Assembly (NCBI GenBank): GCA_035516375.1
Contig: DATJAK010000022.1
Span: forward strand, 42,116-106,115
Source: Bryobacteraceae bacterium
Lineage (GTDB): Bacteria > Acidobacteriota > Terriglobia > Bryobacterales > Bryobacteraceae
Length of the DNA: 64,000 nucleotides
Direction: 5' to 3'
In this document: positions 11,490 through 20,400 of the stretch, piece by piece
Position numbering within the stretch: the stretch's first letter is position 1
Layout: every line of letters begins with the position of its first letter
Position numbers and translations under genes: made by a program
The notes under the pieces: generated by a model
Database searches by the model: none
What the model saw: the letters and a program-made list of their open reading frames with translations, nothing else
What the model was told of the DNA's origin: nothing

Positions 11490-13190
11490 ATGGCGCGCCG
11501 AGCAATCCTTCCCGCCGCCTTCGGCATTGCCCTTTTATGCGTTTTATTAGGGGCGCCGGGCACCCGGCTTTATGCCAAGACGGCTCCGGCGGATTGCTCT
11601 TCCTGCCATGACCAGGCTAAGAAGCTCGAGAAGAGCGCGCACGCGGGCCTGACCTGCGACACGTGCCACGATCAGCACGAACAATATCCACATCCGGCGG
11701 GAGTCCCGAAGCCGGTTTGTACCACGTGCCATCAGGACCAGGCCGGCGATTATGCCAGCAGCGTACATGGCCAGGCGGCCCAGAAAGGCAACGCGGCGGC
11801 TCCGGATTGCGGCATCTGCCATGGCAGCGCGCACGAGTTGCTTCCACCCAAGTCCCAAACGTTTCGCGCAGCGGTGCCGGATACGTGCGGCATGTGTCAT
11901 TCCGACGTGGCTGCGCAGTTCCGGAACAGCGTGCACGGGCAGGCGCTGGCACGCGGGGCTACCGAGGCCCCGCTGTGCACGGACTGCCACGGCGAGCACA
12001 AAATCCTCGCTCCCACGAACGAAGCGTCGACTGTCAACAGAGCCAACATTCGCGACACCTGTGGCAGCTGCCACGGCGATGTCCGTTTGACGCGAAAATT
12101 CGGGTTGCCGTCGGATCGCCTGCTGACGTTCGATTCTTCCTTTCACGGGCTCGCTGCGAAATCCGGCGATCAGACCGTGGCGAATTGCGCCAGCTGCCAC
12201 GGGTTCCACAACATTCTGCCGGCTTCCGATCCCAAGTCGACGGTGAACGCCAAGAACCTGGCCAAGACTTGCGGCCAATGCCACCCGGGGGCGGGGACGC
12301 GCTTCGCGATCAGCCAGGTGCACGTCGTCGAAGGGCGCGGGGAGCCGGCCGCCACGCGTTGGGTCCGCGAGTTCTATCTGCTCGTCATCCCCGTGACTCT
12401 CGGGCTCATGCTGTTGCACAATGCGGGAGACTGGATCCGAAAGACCATTCGGCTGCGCTTCCGGCCCAACCGCCCGCGCCGCCCGGCGGCTTTGGCCCAC
12501 GCGGGGCCGCGCATGCTGCCATTTGAGCGGCTGCAGCACGCGGTGTTGGCGATCTCGTTTATCACCTTGGTGATTACCGGCTTCGCCCTAAAATTCTCGG
12601 ACCAGTGGTGGGCACGTCCCGTGCTGATGATGGAAGGCGCCATCTCGATGCGCAGTCTGATCCATCGCATTGCCGCCGTTGTTTTCCTGACGCTGGCGTT
12701 CACCCATCTGATCTCGCTGATCGTCAATCGCAAACTGCGGGAGCATTGGAAGCAGATGCTGCCGAAGAACAACGACGCCCGCGAGGCGCTGTCGAATTTC
12801 GCTTATAACTTAGGCCTGGGATCGGAGCGGCCTGCGCGGTCTTCACACAGCTACATCGAGAAGGTCGAGTACTGGGCATTGATCTGGGGAACCCTTGTCA
12901 TGGCGGCAACGGGCCTGCTGTTGTGGGCCAACAACCTGGCGATGCGATTTCTGCCGAAGTTGTGGCTCGATGTGGCAACCTCCGTCCACTTCTATGAGGC
13001 GATCCTGGCCGCCTCCGCAGTTTTGATCTGGCATTTCTACTCCACCATCTTCGATCCGGACGTCTACCCGCTAGACACTTCTTTCCTTACGGAGAGCGAG
13101 CCCGCAAAGCACGAAGAGCAAAATCCGCCCGAGCTGCTTGCCGAGGAACCTGAGTCCCAGCCAGAGGAAGTGTCGTCTGTGCGAGACTGA
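11490..13190 (+). CDS. nine-heme c-type cytochrome fused to a b-type cytochrome (FdnI/HydC-like) membrane domain; CbcL-like architecture
   Basis: 566 aa with a signal peptide. It has nine CxxCH motifs (CSSCH, CDTCH, CTTCH, CGICH, CGMCH, CTDCH, CGSCH, CASCH, CGQCH). These are followed by ~5 TM helices carrying conserved His residues (LLHNAG, LQHAV, IHRIAAV..FTHL, VHFYEA..IWHFY). Confidence 0.85.
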   Translation: MARRAILPAAFGIALLCVLLGAPGTRLYAKTAPADCSSCHDQAKKLEKSAHAGLTCDTCHDQHEQYPHPAGVPKPVCTTCHQDQAGDYASSVHGQAAQKGNAAAPDCGICHGSAHELLPPKSQTFRAAVPDTCGMCHSDVAAQFRNSVHGQALARGATEAPLCTDCHGEHKILAPTNEASTVNRANIRDTCGSCHGDVRLTRKFGLPSDRLLTFDSSFHGLAAKSGDQTVANCASCHGFHNILPASDPKSTVNAKNLAKTCGQCHPGAGTRFAISQVHVVEGRGEPAATRWVREFYLLVIPVTLGLMLLHNAGDWIRKTIRLRFRPNRPRRPAALAHAGPRMLPFERLQHAVLAISFITLVITGFALKFSDQWWARPVLMMEGAISMRSLIHRIAAVVFLTLAFTHLISLIVNRKLREHWKQMLPKNNDAREALSNFAYNLGLGSERPARSSHSYIEKVEYWALIWGTLVMAATGLLLWANNLAMRFLPKLWLDVATSVHFYEAILAASAVLIWHFYSTIFDPDVYPLDTSFLTESEPAKHEEQNPPELLAEEPESQPEEVSSVRD

Positions 13191-13199
13191 GACCGGGGC

Positions 13200-14642
13200 A
13201 TGACCTCTAACAATTCAGGCGGCCGTGGCCGGTCGTGGCTGTCGCCGCTCATTCACCTGAGCAATAACTGGGTAAGCCTTGCGGGGGTCGTGCTGGTCAC
13301 GACTGCCACCGTCCTCTGGCTCTTTCTACTGCCAACCACGGCGCGGGGCGAGACAGACAATCCCTATATCGGCATTCTGGCGTTTCTGGTGCTGCCGGCG
13401 CCTTTCTTCGCGGGCCTGGTGATGATCCCCTTGGGGATGTGGTTGAAGCGCAAGCGCACAGGCGAGGCAGGCGTCTATCCGGCGGATTTTCCGGCGCTGG
13501 CGTGGAGCAATCCGGAACTGCGCAAGTTGGCTTATTTCATCGGCGTGACCACGGTGATCAACGTGGTGGTGGCCAGCCAGCTCACGTATGGCGCAGTGAA
13601 CTACATGGACTCGGTGACGTTTTGCGGCCAGACGTGCCACAACGTGATGCAGCCCGAATATACGGCGTACCAGAACTCGCCGCACGCGCGCGTGGAATGC
13701 GTGAAGTGCCACATCGGTCCGGGTGCGAACTGGTTTGTGCGGAGCAAATTGTCAGGCGTCGGCCAAGTGGTGGCGGTCACGTTTAACACCTACCCGCGGC
13801 CCATTCCGACGCCGGTGCGCAATCTGCGTCCCGCGCGCGAAACCTGCGAAGCCTGTCACTGGCCGCAGAAGTATGGTGAGGATCGTCTGCGGGTCATTTC
13901 GAAATTTGCGGACGACGAACACAACACGCTGACCAAAACGGTTCTGCTGATGAAGATTGGCGGTGGCAATGGCGGCATTGGCATTCATGGAACGCATCTC
14001 GGCCCGGGAGTGCAGATTCGCTACGCACACTCCGATGAAGGCCGACAAAATATCCCGTGGGTCGAATACGACGGGCCCGGCGGAAAGCGGGTCTACGCAG
14101 TTGCGGATGCCAAGACTGCCGGCCTGCCGGTTCGTGAAATGGATTGCATGGATTGCCACAACCGGCCGACCCACACCTACGAGTTGCCGGATAGCGGCCT
14201 CGACCGCGTGATGAACGCGGGCCTGCTCTCGGCGTCGCTGCCGTTCGCCAAGAAGGAAGCATTGGAACTCATCAAGGCCAATTACGCCTCGCGCGAGGAC
14301 GCCGCGCAACGGATACCGGCGGGTTTCGCCAAATACTACCAGAAGCATTATCCCGACGTGTGGTCCACGCGGCGCAGCGAAATTACCGCGGGTGGCGAGG
14401 CAGCACTCGACGTTTGGAACCGGAATATCTTTCCGGCGATGAAGGTGGCCTGGGGCTCGTATCCCAACAATCTGGGACACATGGATTTTCCGGGATGCTT
14501 CCGGTGCCACGACGGCAGCCACTCCACGAAAGGCGGCGATTCCATTACGCAGGACTGTAATGCCTGCCACAGTCTACTCGCAGTGGACGACGCAGCCCCG
14601 AAGATCCTCAGCGATCTCGGCGTGGTGGAAGCTAAGCACTGA
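13200..14642 (+). CDS. membrane-anchored multiheme c-type cytochrome (NapC/NirT-like)
   Basis: 480 aa with two N-terminal TM helices. It has five CxxCH motifs (CVKCH, CEACH, CMDCH, CFRCH, CNACH) plus one CGQTCH (CX3CH). Confidence 0.8.
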   Translation: MTSNNSGGRGRSWLSPLIHLSNNWVSLAGVVLVTTATVLWLFLLPTTARGETDNPYIGILAFLVLPAPFFAGLVMIPLGMWLKRKRTGEAGVYPADFPALAWSNPELRKLAYFIGVTTVINVVVASQLTYGAVNYMDSVTFCGQTCHNVMQPEYTAYQNSPHARVECVKCHIGPGANWFVRSKLSGVGQVVAVTFNTYPRPIPTPVRNLRPARETCEACHWPQKYGEDRLRVISKFADDEHNTLTKTVLLMKIGGGNGGIGIHGTHLGPGVQIRYAHSDEGRQNIPWVEYDGPGGKRVYAVADAKTAGLPVREMDCMDCHNRPTHTYELPDSGLDRVMNAGLLSASLPFAKKEALELIKANYASREDAAQRIPAGFAKYYQKHYPDVWSTRRSEITAGGEAALDVWNRNIFPAMKVAWGSYPNNLGHMDFPGCFRCHDGSHSTKGGDSITQDCNACHSLLAVDDAAPKILSDLGVVEAKH

Positions 14643-15720
14643 GCTGGCGCGCAGATCGCTCGCGGGCCGCTTCCACGAGCGGCTCTCCCGTACGTTCCAG
14701 CTCCAGCAACAGATGCTTGCGCCACAACCCTCCGCCATATCCGCACAGTTTGCCATCCTGGTTGATCACGCGATGACAGGGAATCAGGATGGCGATGCGG
14801 TTCCTGCCGTTGGCGCGGCCAACCGCGCGCGCGGCGCCGGGCCGGCCCAAAGAACGCGCCAGTTCCTGGTAGGACACGGTCTTGCCGCAAGGGATGCGGA
14901 GTAACGCGTTCCAAACCTGCTCCTCAAAGGGCGTGCCGGGATAGACCAGCGGGACGGTGAATGCGCGCCGCTCACCCGCGAAATACTCCGGCAACTCGGT
15001 TTTCAATTGGCTGAGGTGGGCATTCTCTCCGGGAATCAGCGGCGATCGGAAACGCCGGCCGATCGTGGCAAACTGTTTCTCGATCAGGCGGCGTTCGGTG
15101 AACTCGAGGAGACAGATTCCTTGATCGGTTGCACCGGCCACCATCGGGCCGATCGGCGTATCCACCCACGCGACGCGCACGCATTCGGCATCGCGCGATT
15201 GCCCGGGTGGTTTGCCGAACAGTTGTGCGAATGCGGTGCGAAAGCCGCTATGCGAGTCAAAGCCCGAATCGAGGATGGCTTCGTCCAAGGAAGTGCCGTT
15301 GCGGATCTGCTCGAAAGCTTTGGCGAGGCGGCGGGCGCGGCTATATGCCTGAAAGGTCATGCCGTATTCGGCGAGAAAGTAGCGGCGGACACGGGCCGGC
15401 TCCAGCCCCAGCTTACGCAGATCGGCCTCGGCAATACGCAGTTGAGGATCCTCTTCGAGGCGGGCCAGAAGAGCACGCACCCATTCCGGCGCGGAGTTCT
15501 CGGTGGGCCGGCAGCGTTTGCAAGGCCGATAGCCCGCGAACAGTGCGTCGCGGACGGTTCCGAAGTACGCGACATTTTCCGGCTTCGGCTTGCGGGCGGC
15601 GCACGAAGGTAGACAGAAGATGCCCGTGGTCCGAACCGCTACGAAGAAGAGGCCGTTGTAGGATGCATCGGATTTCAGAAACGCGCGCTCCATTTCCGCG
15701 CGCGGGGGTAACAAATCCAT
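14632..15720 (-). CDS. ada: bifunctional Ada-like regulator/methyltransferase (Ada Zn-binding + AraC HTH + O6-alkylguanine-DNA methyltransferase)
   Basis: The start was moved to the ATG at 15718-15720 (MDLLPPRAEMERAF). It contains the Cys4 Ada domain (CLPSCAARKP...CKRCRP), an AraC-type HTH and the C-terminal MGMT active site IPCHRVI. The 100-aa upstream extension in the track overlaps the rhodanese gene and was discarded. Confidence 0.88.
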   Translation of the reverse strand: MDLLPPRAEMERAFLKSDASYNGLFFVAVRTTGIFCLPSCAARKPKPENVAYFGTVRDALFAGYRPCKRCRPTENSAPEWVRALLARLEEDPQLRIAEADLRKLGLEPARVRRYFLAEYGMTFQAYSRARRLAKAFEQIRNGTSLDEAILDSGFDSHSGFRTAFAQLFGKPPGQSRDAECVRVAWVDTPIGPMVAGATDQGICLLEFTERRLIEKQFATIGRRFRSPLIPGENAHLSQLKTELPEYFAGERRAFTVPLVYPGTPFEEQVWNALLRIPCGKTVSYQELARSLGRPGAARAVGRANGRNRIAILIPCHRVINQDGKLCGYGGGLWRKHLLLELERTGEPLVEAARERSARQLSA

Positions 15721-15785
15721 GCTCCGAGTGTACTGCCGGCCGGCGAACGCCGCCACCGAAAAACCGGCGTGGAAGTGAGGCGGGC

Positions 15786-16157
15786 TTAGGGCTTCTCGAG
15801 CGGAAGACCGGATTGCTGCAGAGCGCGCCAGCCGCCGTCGAGCGAGATCGCGCGCGTGTAACCCATGACTTGGAGGTTGTCGGCCACCAGGGCGGAGCGG
15901 TAACCGCCGCCGCAATACAGAATCAGGGTTGCGTTCTTGTCTGGAGCTTTGGTCTCGATATCGCGCTCGATGATTCCCTTGCTTAAGTGGATGGCGCCAG
16001 TGACGTGCCCGGCCGACCACTCACTCTCTTCGCGCGTATCGATCAGGATATGCGGCTCGCCGCTGGCGACCATTTTCTTGTAGCCTTCGATGTCGATTTC
16101 CTGGACGCGCGATTTGGCGTCATTCACGAGTTTCAGAAATCCGGGGTTGTGTGGCAT
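15786..16157 (-). CDS. rhodanese-like sulfurtransferase domain protein
   Basis: The start was moved to the ATG at 16155-16157 (MPHNPGF). LIDTREESEWSAGHVTGAIHL and the active-site loop YCGGGYRS support the call. Confidence 0.85.
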   Translation of the reverse strand: MPHNPGFLKLVNDAKSRVQEIDIEGYKKMVASGEPHILIDTREESEWSAGHVTGAIHLSKGIIERDIETKAPDKNATLILYCGGGYRSALVADNLQVMGYTRAISLDGGWRALQQSGLPLEKP

Positions 16158-16313
16158 GCGGCGCTTCCGATCGATTGTCGCACAGCGGGACTCGACCGAC
16201 ACGGACACAGGCCAGGAGGCCTGTGCCGGACATGCCCGGCCGGTCACATCGCTGACACACGACCGGTCGCGGCTTCGGAAACTGCTTGTGACGCGGGCAT
16301 CTCAGCCCTGCTG

Positions 16314-17342
16314 CTAAGGCTCTAACGTCAGTTCCAACGCCGCAGCTTCCGGTTTCCCAAGATTGCTCAGGTGCTCCTGGAGTGCACGGATGTCCGGCGG
16401 GTTGGGCATCAGTTGGAGGTATTTCTCGATGTGCTCCTTGGCGGCCCCGGTATCGCCTTTGGCTTCCAGAATCCGGCCGAGCACATACTCTTCCCGCGGA
16501 TGGTGGTGATACGGGTCGAGCTGGATGGCCTGTTGCACGCTGCTCTCCGCGCCGCTCAGGTCCTTGTGCTGGTACTCGACCACGGCTTGATGAATGTACA
16601 GTTCCGAGTACAAGTGTTTGGTATCCGCTTTAATTCCGTCGGCGGAGACCTTGGCCGCGCACTCCCAGTCCTTGGTCTTAATGCAGAGGGCCGCCAGCGT
16701 CACATAGGGCTGCAGGAACTTCGGGTTCGCTTTTAGCGCCTGTTCGTAGGCTTCGCGGGCATCAGCCGTTTTTTGGAGCCGCTCATCCACCACGCCCAGA
16801 GCGTGCCAGCCCTCGGCAAATTTAGGAGACGCTTTGACCGCCGCGCTGAGCTGGCTGGCGGCTTGTTCGAAGTTGGGCGCGTCGAGGGACTTCATGGCCG
16901 CATCGAATGAGGATTTCGCCCGGTCCGGAATGTTATTGGTGGGAACGCTGATCGAATGAGGGTCGGGAACATTCCTGGAAATGATCAGCGTTGGAACCGT
17001 GTAAGTCGGGTCGTGGGAGGTGGCGTTGATGGCCGAGATGTCCTGACGCGTCGATACATACCCCGGATGCGTGACCTGAATCCAGCACGTGCGGCTATTA
17101 AAGGTATCCAGTTCCATGTTCCAGGTGTACTCGCCCTTCTTATTCGTGATGGGGCCGGGGGCTGACCCCTGGATGTCCGTGCAGACTCGCTCAATTCCGA
17201 CGGTAAAGGGAGGCGGCGCGCCGTCTTCCATCGTTACCTTGCCGCTAATAATCACATGATAGGTATCGGCCGCCACCGGCCTGGTGAAGGTGAAGAAGGC
17301 CGTCGCCACGGCGAAGCCCGAGAATAGCCGCACTGAGAGCAT
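16314..17342 (-). CDS. secreted protein with a carboxypeptidase-regulatory-like N-terminal domain and C-terminal TPRs
   Basis: The signal peptide MLSVRLFSGFAVATAFFTF is followed by a beta-rich region and then TPR units (AEGWHALGVV, ALKANPKFLQPYVTLA, AIQLDPYHHHP). The start was moved to 17342. Confidence 0.7.
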   Translation of the reverse strand: MLSVRLFSGFAVATAFFTFTRPVAADTYHVIISGKVTMEDGAPPPFTVGIERVCTDIQGSAPGPITNKKGEYTWNMELDTFNSRTCWIQVTHPGYVSTRQDISAINATSHDPTYTVPTLIISRNVPDPHSISVPTNNIPDRAKSSFDAAMKSLDAPNFEQAASQLSAAVKASPKFAEGWHALGVVDERLQKTADAREAYEQALKANPKFLQPYVTLAALCIKTKDWECAAKVSADGIKADTKHLYSELYIHQAVVEYQHKDLSGAESSVQQAIQLDPYHHHPREEYVLGRILEAKGDTGAAKEHIEKYLQLMPNPPDIRALQEHLSNLGKPEAAALELTLEP

Positions 17343-17494
17343 AACCCCTCCTCGGTGAAGATATACCACAATCGGGCCAGATGCGACCAACCGAGCAGGG
17401 ACTTGGGAAGAACCGAAAGAGGCGGCGTAGGGTTGTTACGCTCTCGAGAAGTGTTCCGGCCTCGCCGCCTGTGTCGCGACGAGGCCGGAACAGC

Positions 17495-20400
17495 CTAGAA
17501 GGTCAGACGGATTACCGCTTGGCCGGTGCGCGGCCCGGGGCATCCCGCGTTGGTTCCAAATGCGGCCATAAACAGACCCCCTGCTCCGGCCCCTCCCGGT
17601 TGTTCGCATCCTCCGTTGACGTAGTTCACGTAGCCATAACCGCCCGACAGCCCGCCGTTGGGGTTGTTATGCACTGCCGGGGTGGTGGGGTTAGTCCCGC
17701 CGGCTAACGACGGCTCCGAGTAGAACAGGCGGTTGAAGATGTTCTGGAACTCGACGCGGAACTGCAAGTTGGCCCTTTCCTTGATACGGAAATTTCGGCC
17801 GAAGCTCATATTTTCCGCCGGGTACCGCTGCCAACGGCAATTATTGTAGAACGGCGCGGCGGTTCCAAAGTTCCCCCCGCCTGGATCCACCCAAGCGTTG
17901 GTATTCAGTGCCAGCGTCTTGGTCGGATCGAATCCCTTCTGATTCGGATTGATCGCCAGACAAGATTGACCAGCGATGGGGTTAAAGAAGGTATATCCCC
18001 CGCCCCAGAGGGCCGGGTTATTGGACGGTCCGCGATCCAACTGGGTGAGCAGGTTGTTGACGGACGAGGGACTTTGGATCAGCGCACCGTTCTGGTAGCG
18101 CAACAGGGTGGCGATCTGCCAGCCGCCCAATACGTTTTTCAGGAGCCTGCTCTGTCCCACTCGGGGCGTCACGTACTGACCGGAAATCACGAGCAAACTC
18201 GGCGCTGTATTTTGAGACAACTGCTTGTTTTGATCGCGGTTGTAGACGTCGTTGATGAGCGGCGTGCCGGGCGTGAAGTACTGCGTGGAGGCGCTGACGC
18301 CCAGAACGTCGTTCTTGCTGAAGGTATAGGAGCCCTGGATGCTCAAGCCGTGCGAAAACCTCTTCGTTACTTTCACCTGCAGCGCATCGTACCAGGTGTT
18401 GCCCAGCGGTGGACCCAGGAAAGGAGGCACGCCGAGAAACTCCGGAGCCAGCCGGAACACCTGGTTCAAGGGTTGACTCGCAGGGAACCCGGGGTACACG
18501 TTGTTGGGATTGGCGAGATACGGATAGCGCGCAATCACAGCAGGCGAGTTGATGGGCTGCAACAGGAGTGCCCGGTCCGCAGGGTTCTGGATGTTGATGC
18601 CGTCCGCGAGCAGTTGCTGGGGCGTAAGCGCATTATAATCGGTGGCATCGAGCTCCGGCGCCGTAAGCCAAACCCCACGATTGCCCACATAGGTGGCTTC
18701 CGCGACGAGATTCGGCGTAATTTCACGTTGTAAGCCGACACTCCAGTTCAGGATTCGCCCTGGCCGCGAACTCCGGTCTATGTTGATGAAGGGCGAATCC
18801 GGCGGCAATACTCCCCCAGTCGGGACTGGGAATATTCCCTCATCGAAGTTCGGATATTTGAGCGGCGGGTTCCCGAAGGGATTACCCGGCGCGTACGGGT
18901 TGGGACCCAGGGTCATGAACGGGAGGCCATAGGACGGCCCGCTTACGGCGTAGAACACGGTGTCGTTGTAGGACAAGAACGCGTTGTTCGGCGCCGGGGT
19001 GTACAGGAGCCCGGCACCGCCCCTGAGAACCGTCTTGGGGGCAATTTGATACGCGACCCCCAGGCGCGGGCCGAATCCATACGGATAGTTGTGGGAGAAC
19101 TGGCAGTTGCAGCGGCCGCCACCATATCCTTCGAAGAGCGTGGCCCCTGGGGTGCCGGTTTCTGGATTGGTAACGTTAAAAACGGTGTTCGGCATGCGTC
19201 CGTATTGTTCCTTGAGGTAAGTTTGAAAGTCGTAACGCAGGCCGTAATCCACGGTCAGCTTTCTAGTAACCTTCCAACTATCCTGGGCATACAGCCCGAA
19301 GGAGTGATAGCCGAGCTTGGATTGGGTGGGAGGATTAATATTCAGGTTGTCCACCTGCCCCAAAAGGAAGCTGGCATAGCCAAAGCCCGTAAGCCCAGTG
19401 GTGAAAGGACTACTCAAGCCTACCGCCTGCTCATTGGGATTTCCGGTTTCGGTTTGGGAGATGCCGAAATTCCCATTAGCGCGGTTAACGCCGATATCGG
19501 GAAACCCTTCGGCCATGAACTCGCCGCCGAACTTGAAGGTATGGTTGCCCTTGACCCAGGTTACGTAGGTATTGCCGGTGGGCTTTTCATCCCAAAGATT
19601 CTGGAGGAAGCCAGCTGGGCCGAGACCGCCTCCGCCGAAAAGACCCCCGCCTATACCCACACCACCCGAAAAGAAATCGGACAAACCGGAGAAATTGGGG
19701 AAATAATTCTCAACGGGATATCCCGTCAGGCCCAGACTGGCTTCGTTGTAGTTTGGAGAGCCGGACGGAATATAGGTATACAGGTAGCCGATTCCCAAGT
19801 GCAGCAGCAACGTCGGCCGGATGGTCTGATCGTAGTTGACGCGGACCGTCGTCGAGCGGTTGTTCGTTTCCGACGGTTGTATCACGGGCCCCGGTATGCC
19901 GTTCTTGTTCGGATTGAACGTCAGGATGTGCGACACGTACGCGGATATCTTGATGGTCGGGCTGAACGAGTGATCCCCCTTTATGGACCAGTTAGTGGTG
20001 TGCTGATAGTTCTGATATTGCGGCAGATTATAGTTGTTCAGCACGCCGGGGGCGTTCGGCAGCGGAATGAGGTTCTGAAGTGCCATCGCAATCGGATTGA
20101 AGCGGGCTGCCGGAATGATACCGCCCGGAAATGGGTCACGCACAATTGCGCCGCTCGCCAGCGTCTTGGTGCTGTTGGGATCATAAACCTCGTCGTAGAA
20201 CATGGGACGTCCGAGCGCATCCAGAGTCGGGGGACCAAAGAATCCCGCAGAGCTCAGAGCCAGGGGGAATCCGAAGGGATTTGTGGCGGCGGAAAAGTTT
20301 CCACTGCGATAGGCCAGCGTTGGAACAGTTTCCGTCTGGGTGAAAGCTTGGGTTTCCTGATACCGCTCGAAATTGAAGAAGAAGAAAGTCTTGTCCCGGC

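Noticed and set aside
15721-16020. The 100-aa N-terminal extension of the Ada ORF. The same kind of extension occurs on gap (3845-3973), rbsK (45086-45190), the rhodanese, the MaoC gene, the TPR genes and the hydrolase.
   Set aside because: The extensions have no domain content and overlap neighbouring genes. In each case an internal ATG or GTG coincides with the start of the conserved domain, and several of these have an AGGAG-like RBS.
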